Of a stretch of DNA of 64,000 nt, positions 1 to 14,299 are shown piece after piece; the first letter of the stretch is position 1; each line of letters begins with the position of its first letter. Both the position numbers and the translations under genes were made by a program. The notes beneath the pieces were generated by a model. The model searched no databases. It saw nothing but the letters and a program-made list of their open reading frames with translations, and was not told where the DNA came from. Where the stretch lies: NCBI RefSeq assembly GCF_009914755.1, contig NC_060937.1; one strand, 5' to 3'. The DNA comes from the human T2T-CHM13v2.0 reference genome, Homo sapiens.

Positions 1-299
1 TAGTGTTATTGTTAATAGAAAGTGATCCCCGTCACCTGTGAAACCCCATCATACCAATTATTGCACCATTCATTTACCAAATAACTACACCATCTTGTAA
101 TATTTCTTCTAGTTGTATTTTTAAAGTTATTTAAATTTTGTATTGTTTAACATAAAATTTTTATTCAGTCTCCCCAGCTAAAGTCTAAGCACTTTGGGGA
201 CACATACCATTTCTTACATTTCTTTGTATCCCCTTCAATTCTTGGCCTTCCATATGTTGGGTATTTAACTAATAGTTATTGCTTTAGTTTAAAAAGGGA

Positions 300-600
300 A
301 GACAAGTGCAGTGGGTCACACCTGTAATCCCAGTGCTTTGAGAGAATGAGGCAGGAGGACCTCTTGAGGCCAGGAATACGAGACCAGCCTGGGCAGCATA
401 ACAAGACCCTGTCTCTACAAAAAATTTAAAAATTAGGCATAGTGGCGCACGCCTGCTGTCCTAACTACTCGAGAGATAAGGTTGGAAGATTGCTTGAGCC
501 CAAAAATTTGAGGCTGCAGTGAGCTATGGTCATACCAGTGCACTCCAGCCTGGGCGATAAAGCGAGACCCTGTCTCAAAATAAAATTAAATTTAAAAAGA
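300..600 (+). mobile_element. Alu (AluJ-like)
   Basis: Dimeric Alu consensus blocks, diverged, with an A-rich tail. Confidence 0.9.
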
Positions 601-884
601 GCATTGGAGATGAGGTGTCTGTATACTTTGTCATCTTTCAAACTGGAATACAGTGAAAGAACTCTAACACTTACTTCAAGACAACTGATGTAAAGCAAGA
701 CTGTCTAGCCCAGGCAAACTTCCTGTCTTCCCCCATTTTACCTAGGCTGTCCAATCTGTTTAATCAAAGAAGAAATAGACCTAACTCTTTTCAGAGAAGT
801 AATCAGCTCAGTAATTAAAATTAAAACTTTTAGCCTGACATTTAAACCTTATATATCTGAGAGTTAAAAATTTCTCTCTAAGTT

Positions 885-1105
885 GAACACATGGACACAG
901 AGAGGGGAACCTCACACACCAGGGCCTGCGACAGGCCCCGGGCCAAGGGGAGGGAGAGCATTAGGACAAATACCTAATGCATGCAGGGCTTAAAACCTAG
1001 GTAATGGGTTTATAGGTGCACCAAACCACCATGGCACATGTATACCGATGTAACAAACCTGCACATTCTGCACATGTATCCCACATCTTAAAGTAAAAAT
1101 TTTTT
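885..1105 (+). mobile_element. 5'-truncated L1PA (L1PA8-10-like) 3' UTR fragment with target-site duplication
   Basis: gaacacatggacacag...gcattaggacaaatacctaatgcatgc...gtaacaaacctgcac. Flanked by aaaaatttctctctaagtt and aaaaatttctctaagtt. Confidence 0.88.
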
Positions 1106-3132
1106 AAAAATTTCTCTAAGTTAATTTAAATCATTTGTGCAGCAGTTATGGCAATTTCACAAATAGGAAGAGTTCACATATTATACTTAAAAGAAACCAG
1201 GCAGTAGAATTTATAAGCAGTGTGATAAGCATTACCTGTCTTTACTTGCCAGTTAAGTTTTTATGAAAATAATTTTATTCTGTGTACTTCATAGAGTGTA
1301 AGTTTCTAATAGAGCACACATCTAGGTTTGTACATCTCTTTTCAAATTGTTTTCAATAAATACTGTTTATGGTGGGTACATTTTAACTAATACAGCATTG
1401 ATCTTTTCTAACACATTTGCAGAGGAAGATACTCATTACTGTTTTAGTGTGACTCAGAACACAAAAAGTGCTATTTATGATTGGATAACCAGACCCTGAA
1501 TTATAAGTAGCTTATATTTCAAAAGTTAATTTGTAACTGCAATCTGTAAACCCCACCTCCATAAATCAATTAAATTGATTTTATATGCAGCAGTGACCCC
1601 TTTGGTCAGGACCAAAAAAGCCTATCTAATTTATAATGTGCCTGTAATACTAACAGTATCTTAGTGATAGGAACTAACTACCATGGGAAGATATTTTTAG
1701 GCAGGGACACATTTCTCTGCTTCAGTGGGAAATGGATTCCTTTCTCTATATGACAGATTGTAAGATTGGAGACTGTTTTAAAATTATTGGGTAGAGGTTT
1801 TAAAAACACAGGAAAGGATAAAGGGAACCAGACAGAAAATAAGAAGGCTCTCCCCTCTTTATGTTTTTGACTGTCCAAAATTACAAGATGGAATATGGGT
1901 GGAAGGAATAGTAGTGAGCAAGGGAACTGGGGTTGAAGTCTTTGTAAAATCAACATGCCTTCACTCTGAGCAAGAGAAGACAAGAAAAGACTTCTGGAGT
2001 TCATTTTCTTCCACTTAGCCATCACTAGTTTCTGTCATATGGCAAGCCCCTTCGTGGACTAGCTCTGGATCTAGGCAAAAAGTGAGATTATTAATAGAAG
2101 TGGAGGCAACAGATAACAAGGAGAAAGAGAAATTAAGGGAAGAAAATCATATGCCAGCGAAGTGGAGAGAAACATAGATCATTATAGCCCTAAGGCCATC
2201 AAGTTAGGAAAGCTGTTCTCTGACAGCCACTATACTAATAAAATCTCTATATTAAAACCTAATGAATTGAGATAAGAGCTGTGTAAATTAATAAGCATTT
2301 GAATTAAAGTCCATTCTTTTAAAAGTAGCTTTATTACTTGTTCAGAATATTTAGAAATGAAAACTAGGTTGAGAATCACAGAGAACTTTAGACATCTAAA
2401 TAATTACCTTACTTTATTGGAGGCTCAGATTTTGTGAGTTACAGCTAGTTATGGGCAGAGTTCAATACAGTAGTTTTTCTACTGTATAGCATACATTCTG
2501 GAAAGACAAATTGCTAATTATTTTTTTCTATGAATTTTCTAAGTATCTACTGAGGTATACTGTGCTAGTTGCTGGACATTCAAACAAAATCTGAAAACTA
2601 AGTTCCTGACATTCAAGAACAGTGTCATGGGGGAAAAAAAGGGAAAATTAACAGTTGTATTACAGTATAAAAAGAGATACACATAGGGTGTTATGGGAGC
2701 ATAGAAGGAGGGTTACTATAACATTCAGTGGTATGTAAAGAAAAAATTATTCCAGGAGAAAATGACACATGAGCCTCCTCGAAGAACAGTGGCAGTTGGT
2801 CAGATGGACAAAGGGTCTCAAGGCACTTTAGACAGAGGGAAAGTGTTCAAAAGCAACAGAAGGAAAGAATGACTTGACTTATTTGAATAACCACAAAGAG
2901 ATTGGAATTGCTAAAAAGTTGTGTAAATATGTGGTACCTGTTGAACCAAAAGTCTTCCTACTACAAACATCATTGGAAATGTTCAATAAAATAATAACAT
3001 GTAATCTTTCAAATACACTCCTGAGCTTCTCTCTCTTCCCTTCACCCTATAAAAAGGAAAAAAAAGGTGGGGACTGGGGAAGAATCACTGTGGGCCAGAA
3101 ACAAGGACTTTTCCACATTTATTTGTCTTCTA

Positions 3133-3400
3133 TTTTAAGAGACAGGGTCTCTTTGTCACCCAGGCTGGAGTGTAGTAGCACAGTCATAGCTCATTGCAGC
3201 CTCAAACTCCTGGGCTCAGGTGATCCTCCTGCCTTAGCCTCCTGAGCAGTTAGGACTGCAGGTGCATGCCACCATGCTTTTATAGAGTTGAGTTCTCACT
3301 GTGTTGCCCAGGATGCTCTCAAACTCCTGGGCTCAAGCAATCGTCCCATCTCAGCCTCCCAAAGCACTGTGATTACAGGCATGGACAATTGTACCTGGCC
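3133..3400 (-). mobile_element. Alu (AluJ-like, linker deleted)
   Basis: gagacagggtctc...caggctggagtg...ctcccaaag...cctggcc. Confidence 0.88.
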
Positions 3401-5267
3401 CAATATTGGTTTCAAAAAATACAGTTTTCATATTTTTAATGAAAAGAATTAAAAATATCTACATTGTTCTTTTGATTTGATCATTTTCTATTGTCCCATA
3501 CCATTTTTTCTGAGTCCTCTTCAGAATTTGATGTCTGTCTTCCCTTAGTTCTTTACCTTATTTCATGTCCTTTTGGATAAGGCACCACTCTTAAATATCT
3601 AAAAGTGTAGTCTTCTGTTTTGCTAGTTTTCCATTTTGGTCATTGGTTAGATCTGTTTATATTTCCTGATATGAACCCATACCTCATTTTTTCCCCCTTC
3701 TTTAACCATTATTCACTGGTTTTAACTTAAATTCTTGATTACTTTTGAAATGAGTGCTAGTTTGAGTCTGTCTCAGGTTTTTTCTGTTGAGAGGTATTTT
3801 GAAACAATCTAACTTGTTCTTACGTTTTCATAGTGAAGTGCTTTGATAGCATGTCAACAGATTGTCTTGTATATTGAGAGATACTGTGAAAATTAAGTAT
3901 TTTGCCTAGTAACTGGTATGTAGAAATGTAAAAATTTATTGAATGGGGAGATTTTAGGTTTTATATTAATAGATCTTTGTAGCATGTGCTAAAGACTACC
4001 TTCTTAGTTTTATGTTGTGAAGAGTTATGAAAAATAGGGAATTAGGCAAGGTTTCTAAATTTGGGTTACTGGGAAGGTCATAGAAGCATATTTCATAGAG
4101 AATATGTAGTAAACACTTAAGAATCCTGTGTAGAGCTGGCTCTCCTGATGACAAATTGGTTCCTCTAGATATCATCTGTTCTGTGAAGCCCTTGCTTTAG
4201 TTTCTCTCCTCTTTTAGCTGTAGATACACATACAGAAATAATTGAAGGCAGATATTTTTACATATGTTTATAGCCCTGATGCTTTGTATGGCACCCAGCA
4301 CATAGAGACTCTCAATAAACGTTTAAGGTGAGTGAAGAAGAGAAAACAACAGATGTTTCTTGAGCATTTATATGTGTCAAACAAGTAGATGTGTTATAGC
4401 CAACAGTTGTAGCTAAAAACCCTCCTTATGAGAGGCAGGTATGGCTTTTTCTCTTTTCGTCTGTGATACCTCAGAATGAATAAATGGGGCTAACGAGTAA
4501 GAATTTATTAACTATCTAGGGGTTTTGCATTGTTATGGCACTTCTACTTTGGTGTGATTCCATGCCACTACATGTAAGAGAGAAAATTATGAAAAGCAAA
4601 AAATACACAGACGAGCTATGCTTGAATAATTTTTATATGCTCTGGCTCCTTCAAATATTATGTTTTAGACAGACAAGCAAAAATATTGATGATTATTTAA
4701 TACTTTAATAGGGCAGTAGTTAAGCAGAAGGGTACTTGGGTTTGAGTTCAAACTTTGCCACTTACTATTGTATCAGTCAGATTATATTCAGTATATATTG
4801 TGTCTTACACTTGTTTATGTAAATAGTGTGTGTCCGTGTGTATACACATCATGTAGGACTTAGAACATAATTTTGTCATAGAGAAGATTATTATTAGGCC
4901 GTATCTTTTGGGATATATTACTTATATCTGTGGAACCATAGAACCCAAGACCTACATCATATATAGTCTCTAATTACATTGATCATGGATTAACCACATC
5001 TACATTATAATTTTTCTGCAAAGTGGCTTCTACAAAAACAAAGACCTTATATTCTTCATCCATTCACTTATTCAGTATTCAGTGAGGGACAAAAATGAAT
5101 AAGCACTGTTTATTTTCTCAAGCTTATTTGTCAGACTTTCTTATATACCTTTATAGGAAGATGAAATAAAATTTGATCATCAGACCGTTGCCAGTCTGCA
5201 ACTTTGTCTCACGTTGTGTTACTCAGGATTTTGTTCTCTAGGGCTTTCTTTTGAGCCTGTTAAATCA

Positions 5268-5717
<450 letters not shown>

Positions 5718-5959
5718 TTAATAGGAGTAAATATAAAGTTCTACGTTTTGATTTTAAAAATCTAGGTACTGTATAGTGTGTATTAGTTGGGGTTCCTTTT
5801 TTGAAACTTAATCTTGCCTATAAAACACAAAAGAGTTTAAGATGATATTGAGACTCCTCCTGTCCTCATTCCTTTTCCTTCCTAATAGCTCAGTCCTGAA
5901 GCTCTTAGGTGAGGCAGAACAATATAGGCAGTGCACTAGTGGGAATGGGAGAGGTGAGC

Positions 5960-6370
5960 TGCAGTTCCCCAGAGTAGGATGTCAGAGCCCTAATTGAATG
6001 AGAACCATATCACATCAGAGAATAGCCAAGTATAGGGAGTTAGAGCCCAAGCAGACTGAAGAGGGAATTCACACAAGAAGGCAGCCTGGTATAGGGAGTC
6101 AGAGTATAAGGCTGAGGAGGATATCATCAAGAAGGTATGTAGTGTGGCATGTAAGAACTTGAGCAGGATGAGGCAGTCACTGACGCAATGCAATGATCCA
6201 GCATGGGGAATCAGAGCTCAAACAAGAGTGAGGAGGCCATCTGTGTGGAGGGGTAGCCTGACCTGGGTTGTAGGAGTCCCAGCATGGTCAGATAGTGCAC
6301 AATCTGGGGATGTATTAGAGTGAAGAGTCAGAGCCCAACTAGGGTAAAAAGGGCATCCACACAGAGGTGG
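5960..6370. repeat. Degenerate tandem repeat, ~58-bp period, ~7 units
   Basis: Anchor gtcagagccc or variants at 5981, 6039, 6098, 6151, 6210, 6270 and 6327. Confidence 0.65.
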
Positions 6371-6937
6371 TCTAATTAGGAAGTCATCATCAATGCTGTG
6401 ATTATACCCCTTCCCCTCCTCCACTAAGAACTCAGTATTACTTGCTTCTAGCACAGATACCACTTCTGCAACAGGAATTTTGTAGCCACCCACCACTGCC
6501 TGCCAAATTATCAGCACCTGTAGGAGTGATGGTCTTTATCTCACACCAAGGAGACTCCTCAAACACACAAAGGGACTTCAGATTCTATGCACTAAAACAA
6601 ATGACAGCGTCCACTGCAGTGCAAGAGAAGACAACTTTATGAATAGAACTTGCTTATTTTAGCGGAACTAGAACTAAATATGAGTCATCTATTGAATCCC
6701 ATTTGCAAAAGGGAAAACAAATGAAATCTTGGACTTCAAAAATAGAAATGCAAGTTCAAAACAGATGGTGGTGTATGCTGGTTAGACGGTATTCTTTTAA
6801 CAGGTTTAAAAGAAGTATTGACAAACTGGGATTGTCCCAAGGAAGATAACCAGGAGATCATAGAAGCGTGAAATCACCTTTATAAAACACTATAGAAATG
6901 CGTGAAGGATGTTTAACCTAGAAAAGAGGGCAGCGAC

Positions 6938-7025
6938 TTGGTCTCAAGCTCTTGACCTCGTGATCCACCCGCCTCGGCCTCCCAAAGTGCTGGGATTACG
7001 GTTGCATTCACCACCATGCCCGGCT
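6938..7025 (-). mobile_element. Tailless Alu 5' fragment (~90 nt)
   Basis: gacctcgtgatccacccgcctcggcctcccaaagtgctgggattac...ccaccatgcccggct. Confidence 0.85.
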
Positions 7026-9063
7026 AAGGAAGCAGATTTTGACACGGGGAAGAACAGCTATGGCTGTATAAAAATGGAGTTGTTTGTTATAACAGTGTCC
7101 CATCTTCATATGTGTTCATACCCTGGTTGGGTGATATTATAAAAGTAATTCCAGCATAGAAAGATAATTGTGATTAGGTGAATTCCAGCAGTTATTGTAA
7201 CTAAAGATGCTTTGATTCCAGAATAATCTGTTTATTAAACTGAGTTCTCTTTAGTTACTTCTGGGAATGAGGACTCTGAATGAGCGTGTTAAATTTAACA
7301 AGTCTATCTGTGCACAGGCACATAAGGTAATTGAGCTAGTGAATGGTTATTGCTCATGGTAGACCTATAAATAGTATATCAACTAGTTAATTTATTAATA
7401 CCCACTACTGGTGAAATAAATACTTGAGGAGAGAGAAACTTCCACTACATTCTGAATCTCATAGGGGCAGGAACAATAATGCCGTCTTTATTTTGGTACA
7501 AAAACCCTACTTAACTGAAGTGGAGTATTATCTTCCATTTTGTTTCTTTAACAACAGAAATTGCCTGTTTCATCTTTTATCATCTGTGCTAAAATAATGC
7601 CTTTTGCTTAGTGGGCATTCTGTCAATATGTTAAAAAGAACTGCTAAAATATTTTTATTTGTGTACAGTACTTGCTTGCCTTGGTAACTGTTATATACCA
7701 AAAATATACTTTTCATACTTGGGGATATTTTAGTGCCTCAGAGTTTTCAATATGAGCACCATTTAAGATTATACAGTTATATGAAAATATTGATTTAAAT
7801 ATGTAAATGGTGAGCCACAGATATCACCTGGGTGATGATCATTTGACCAAAAATTCTGGGTTTATGCTTATTTTCTCATGATTTGACTCTTTGTGTAGAA
7901 AAAGTATCAAGGTGAATTCAAGTTTTCTGAGAGGTATCACCTTTGTTTTCTCATACCTCACGCTGCTTGGGGAAGACAAGAACCTAATTAACACTACTAG
8001 AGTGTGTTGATTGTGAACCTCGTCACCTACTAGAGTTAGTATGATCAGGCTCCACCTAGAAGTCCTATTGCTAACCTTTTGGTTTCAAGTGGCTCAGAAC
8101 AGCTTCTCAGGAGTTATTGATGTTTTCTCCTCGTTGTTGCTGGTATGGCTTTTTCTGCCAGTAGGGGTTTATCCTTTCTTGCTTCTACTGTCCCCTCATT
8201 AAAGAAGTAACCAGCCCCGGTGCTTCTGGGGGCAGTTATTGTCAACTCCTCTATCTGACTTTTCTTTTTCGTTGCTGCTGCTGTTCATTGCTTTTCTACT
8301 CTCACCTCATTTCCTCAAGTACCTGATCCTGCTTCTTCCTGCCATTACAGGTCTTTTTGAACATAAGGGATGGTATGTCCCAACCAGTTAGTAACCATTT
8401 TCTCCCTTTCTGTGCTGTGGGATCGTGATGATTATAACCACACGTCCATCCTCATTCCTGCAATTAGTCAGCTTTTTCAAATACCTGCCATCTCCTTTGC
8501 AGAGCATTTTTTAGCAAGTCCCTAGACTAAGCCAGTATTTTGTTAAATAGTTATAAACCCTGAGCCTCTATCCCATTAATCACAACTCTGTTACCTCATG
8601 GTAAGTTATTTGCCTTGCAAAAGTTGGAGCTCCTGGCCTTGTCCTTCTCTCATGTTCTAGTGTAAATCCTTATGCCCATAAGACATAAGCAAAGCCCTCT
8701 TCTCTCAGGATGTCTTTGTTGGGGAGGAGAGAGGAATGTAGAGTCCTCATGCAAGTAAGACTCCTAGTAACCTGCTCTGATATCCTGGAATCTCTGAGAC
8801 ACCTCAGCCTCATGACTCTTGATACTTCAGGGCTTTGATATTAGAAATACCTCTGAAATTTATCAGAAGTTGTGTCTATTGTGTTGTAGATCATAGTCAC
8901 TACAACTTTTGCTGCAGTTACTATAACAGTAGGCATGAGATATTACACGTATACCATTTCTTCCTATAATCACAATAAAACTTTAAAGAAGTAACAGACT
9001 ATGTGACAGAATTAATGGTGTGTTATTAAAGGCACAGGTCTGGGAGTAAATTGACCTGGGTTC

Positions 9064-9484
<421 letters not shown>

Positions 9485-12023
9485 TCTCCCATCTATCTTT
9501 GTAGGTGGTAATGCATCTGCTGGCTCTTCACTTGATGGTGGTTTATTTATAGAAGATGGTTTATTTCTTTTGAGGGGATTGTTCATGCCTTTTAAGGTTC
9601 ATCACAAGCCTAAAATGCTATTAATTTATAGCCGTAGGTAATTTACTTAAATTCTGGCCGGTATTGTGCATATACTGAAATGAGGGTGGGCTAGGGCAAT
9701 TTAGATTCTACAAGTTTCTACCAGCTCTCAAATAGTTACATATTCATAACTATACTAATTACATACCATGTCTTAAATGTATTTTAATAATACGGAGATT
9801 GATATTATAAGAATTTTTTATAAGATCACTGGTTATCTTTTGCCCACTGACTTTGCATTACAGCAAATCAGACCAAGTTCTACTGAAATTATAAGTAACT
9901 CAAGTCAAAACCACATGTAGTAGATTTTTATTCCCATATGACTATTTACTTTTTTCATAATTAGCAAACTAAACCATGGAGAAGTTTGTTCTTTATACAT
10001 TACTTAAACAACCTTAACTTCCATTAGAAAATTTTTTGAAGCATAGGTAACTATTTTTCATACTGGTGGAAATCATGATTGTATTTAAAAATTTGCTCTT
10101 TATACTTCCCCTTTTAATATGAAAACATCAGTTTAATTAGAGTCGCTCAAAATAGTAGCTTTGAAACATTAATGAGTCATGTTTGTAAAAATGAATTATA
10201 ACAGATCATCCATTCATAAATTCAGCCCATTTCAATTTAAGTGAATGACTATGATTCATTCCGAGTACATTGTGTAATAGTCTCAGGATGTCCCAGAGAG
10301 CTATTAAATGTTACTTTTCAAGAGAAAGTGTGTTATATAAGACTTATTTAAGAGAAAATTGCAATATTTTTGTTAGAAAGGAAAATATAGGGAAATTCAG
10401 TTGTCATCAATTCTTCATGTTCCTAATAAGCAAAATATCACTGTTATAGTTAGTCTCTTGGAAGTATAAAATCTAAGCCAGTTTAGTGAGTGCTATTAAA
10501 ATAAGCAACAAAAATATTGATTAAAAAAATTTTTTAATGACTGATGACAAAAGGAAATTAGGATCCAGAAAGATGAGTATGTGAAATATCTTATATTAGC
10601 TTTTGAATAAATGTTCACAAACCTTTTGCATTCTGGCACTTTTGATATCGTTTAGTGACTAAAATGGACATAAAAGGATCTAAGCCTTCTTTTGAGCTGG
10701 CCTCACAAAATGCTATTTTATTACGTAGGTAGAAATATGAATATAAAATGTTTGTTTTGTGTGCCATTCTCTCTTCCTGTTTTCCCTTTTAGGAAAAAAG
10801 CCACTTACTAATAGTAGATAAGAGCTAGGAAATGAGGCTAGAGAAGCAAATTGACTTGGAATAGGGAAAAAATGGAAAGATTAGATAATTTTAAAGACAA
10901 GAAAAATGAATTTGGATGTTTTACAAGAGTCAAAAATTTACAGTCAAAAGAGCTAGAGAAGATTTTCACTTTAGGCAGATTTTAAGCTAATTCCTAAGAA
11001 TTATGTATCTAAGGCAGTTTCCATTTAGTTTGATTTTAAAAGCTGCCTTTTGAATATCTAATACCAATTATAAAATAAATATGTGTAAGTAAAATAAAAT
11101 GGTAACTTGTTTTTTATAAGAGGGGAAGTTGGTTGGTTTTATAAATTAAATGAACATTTATGCGGTCGGTTATTTTTACGTAAAAATAGTTGTTATATTC
11201 TAGGTAACAGAAATTTAGAAACCTATTTTTCTGTAGAAGAAAGGTGTTGCTATCTGCTTTTGATTTCTCAGATATTTGCTTCTCCTTAGAATGCTATGAT
11301 CAGATTTTTATTAGAATGAAGTTTTCTAAAGGCTTTGATTGGCATTAGCTTCATTACTTATTTGCTTAGGTTAAGATTAGCCCAATAGACATATTATCTT
11401 TATGGACCATTGCAAATTTTTCTAATATCTAACCATTTTTAACCTTTTATATATGAATAATTAAGGAAACATTCAATTATAATAAAATTTATTCCTGGCA
11501 CTATGTAGGCACTCAATAAGTATTTGTTAATTGAGTAAATGATCCCAGTAGATAGTTACATACAATATACAGGGAATCTTTTTCTACTACGTGTGTTTTT
11601 CCTCAAAATATTTTTTTAGTTCCACTTCATCATGAAATTACTTGGAAACTGACACCAAAGAGATCATGTTTGGGCACAGTTTTATTTCACTCAGCTTGAC
11701 TCCAAAATTCTCATACTATGGGAAAATAATCCATAACAGTAGTAACTATTGTGATCATATACTACTACTACTTCTAGATTGAATGATTGTTACACTCTTG
11801 TCAAGGTCACCAGTAACCTCTGTGTAGCCAGAATGAGTGGTCAATTCTCACTTCTCATCATACTTGACCTCAGTGTATTATTTGAACCAGTAGCATTCGA
11901 CCCAGTATATTTAACCCAGTGTATTATTTCCTTCTTCTTGGACACTGTTCTCTTGATTGCCCTTCTACAGTTTATACATTCTCCTGTTTTTTTTCCAACC
12001 GCACTAGTACTTCCTTCTCAGTC

Positions 12024-12167
12024 TTTTTTTCTTTTTTTTCTTTTTTAAGTAAAGACAGGGTCTCGCTATGTTGCCCAGGCTGGTCTTGAACTCGTAGCCT
12101 CAAGTGATTCTCCTGCCTTGGCCTCCTAAAGTGCTAGGATTTACAGGCATGAGGCACTGCACACAGC
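12024..12167 (-). mobile_element. Alu monomer (FLAM-like)
   Basis: T-rich tail followed by a single left-arm monomer. Confidence 0.8.
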
Positions 12168-12214
12168 AGTGTTTTCTGATGTGTATTAAAATTTAATTTC
12201 AAAAGTATGTAGCA

Positions 12215-12518
12215 GTTAAGTGAAATAAATCAGTCACAAAAAGATAAATATTGTGTGATTCCACTTACGTGAGGTATCCAAAATAGTCAAATTCATAGAG
12301 AGAGAAAATAGAATAGTGGTTGCTAGGGACTAGAGGGAGGGAAGAGTGGAGAGTTAGTATTTAATGGGTACAGAATTTTAGTTTTGGAAGATGAAAAATG
12401 TTCTGGAGTTGGATAGTGGTGATAGTTGCACAACAATGTAAATGTACCTAATATTGAACCATACACTTAAAATGTGTTAAAATGGCAAGTTTTATCTGTA
12501 TTTTACCACAATTTAAAA
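12215..12518 (+). mobile_element. L1MB/L1MC-type 3' end fragment
   Basis: aagtgaaataaatcagtcacaaaaagataaatattgtgtgattccactta...gttctggagttggatagtggtgatagttgcacaacaatgt...ttttaccacaat. Confidence 0.8.
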
Positions 12519-12595
12519 AATTAATTTAGTAAATTTTTATATTTATCAAAAACCATTTTTAAAGCAGCAGATACCTGAAGCCAGAGCTTAAATAA

Positions 12596-13182
12596 TGTGG
12601 TAGGCAAAATTCTAGGATGGCCCCCAGTGTTGTTGCCTTCTCTTGTACATAACCTACATAATTTCCAGGACAATGAATATGATGAATGTTACTTTCACAA
12701 TTGGGTTATATTGTATTGCATGGTACAGATGACTTTTAAGAAAGAGAGATTGTCTGGAATAAACCTCACTAATCAAGTGAGTCCTTATGAAAAGAGGGCC
12801 TTTCTGGAAGAGATTTGAAGCATGAGATGGAAGTCAGCAAGTGAAAGAGTTTTCTTGCTGGCTTTGAAGATGGAAAGGGCCACATGGCAAGAAATGTGGG
12901 TGGGCTCTGGGAACTGACTGTGGTCCCTGGCTACCCACCAGAAATGGGGACCTCAGTCCTGCAATCACAAAACTTAATTCTGCCACACCATAAGCTTTTG
13001 GTAAGAGGTCTCCAACCTCCAGATGAGAATACACCCTAGTTCACGCTTCTTTTTTTGCCTTATGAGACCCCGAACAGAGAAACCAGTTACACCATACCCA
13101 GACTTCTGAAGTACAAAACTGAACTAATGAATGGGTACTTTTTAAAACCACTGTTTGTTACACAGCAATAAAAAACTAAGAC
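12596..13182 (+). mobile_element. MLT1 (ERVL-MaLR) solo LTR
   Basis: Starts tgtggtaggcaaaattctaggatggcccc, contains ttgctggctttgaagatggaaagggccacatggcaag, ends tttgttacacagcaataaaaaactaagaca. Confidence 0.82.
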
Positions 13183-13443
13183 AAATAATATGAACTTTTT
13201 TCTTTTCTCATAAATTACGGTACAAAGATAGGCAGTTAGTGCTTGTATGGAGGTGCTGCTCCATAGGTTATACAAGTGGCCTAGGTTACTTTTGCCTTGG
13301 CCTGCCATCCCTAGGTTGCTGCCAATGTATGCATGATCCAGGTTGGCTCACCACCATGTCCATGTGCCAAAGAGAATGGAAAAGGGCAGGAGAAGAAAAA
13401 GAGATGAGAAATTTGCCCACTTTCTTTAAGAACATATCCCAGA

Positions 13444-13742
13444 GGCCAGACGCGCTGGCTCACACCTGTAATCCCAGCACTTTGGGAGGCTGAGGTGGGC
13501 AGATCACGAAGTCAGGGGTTCGAGACCAGCCTGACCAACATGGTGAAACCCTGTCTCTACTAAAATATACAAAAATTAGCTGGGCATGGTGGCATGTGCC
13601 TGTAGTCCCAGCTAGTCAGGAGGCTGAGAGAGGAGAATCACTTGAGGTAGAAGTTGCATTGAGCCAAGATCACGCCACTGCACTCCAGCCTGGGTGACAG
13701 AGCGAGACTCCGTCTCAAAAACAAAACAAAACAAAAAAACAA
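13444..13742 (+). mobile_element. Alu (AluS-like)
   Basis: Full dimer with an (AAAAC)n tail. Confidence 0.92.
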
Positions 13743-13768
13743 ACACATCCAGGAGATTGCACAGATCG

Positions 13769-13818
13769 GGGGTCTGTGCTTTGACCTCTGACTGGGGTCT
13801 GTGCTTTGACCTCTGACT
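13769..13818. repeat. Perfect 25-bp tandem duplication
   Basis: ggggtctgtgctttgacctctgact x2. Confidence 0.95.
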
Positions 13819-14022
13819 GCTGCTTCTGTCACAGACATGCAAACAAAGAAGTGGGCAGCCATTGTTATTGTACGACCCTCTATTGCAAGTGCCCCCCCAC
13901 CCCACCCCCTGGCTGTTGTGACTTCCAGGGGATTTAAAGAACAACACCCTTTTATCCCCCACTTTGTTTTCCCCCGTCTGGGAGCCATGCATTAAAGATT
14001 AGGCCAGTCAACATGTACCATA

Positions 14023-14299
14023 GGCCAGGCTCAGTGGCTCATGCCTGTAATCACGACACTTTGGGAGGCCAAGGTAGGAGGATCGTTTGAGGCCAGGAGT
14101 TCAAGACAACACAGTGAGACCTCATCTCTACTACTGAAAATTTTTTAAAAATTAGGCATGGTGGTGTATGCCTGTAGTCCCAGCTACTCGGAAGGCTGAG
14201 GCAGCAGGATTGCTTGAGCCCAGGAGTTCAAGGTTGCAGTGAGCTATGCTTGTGCTGTTGCACTCCAGCCTGGGCAACATAGCAAGACTCTGTCTCAAA
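14023..14299 (+). mobile_element. Alu (AluJ-like, tail lost)
   Basis: Dimer with a small left-arm deletion; abuts the L1M fragment. Confidence 0.88.

Noticed and set aside
5960-6370. Regularly spaced repeats considered as a CRISPR-like array
   Set aside because: Whole units are degenerate copies with no unique spacers, there are no cas genes, and the context is a mammalian intron.
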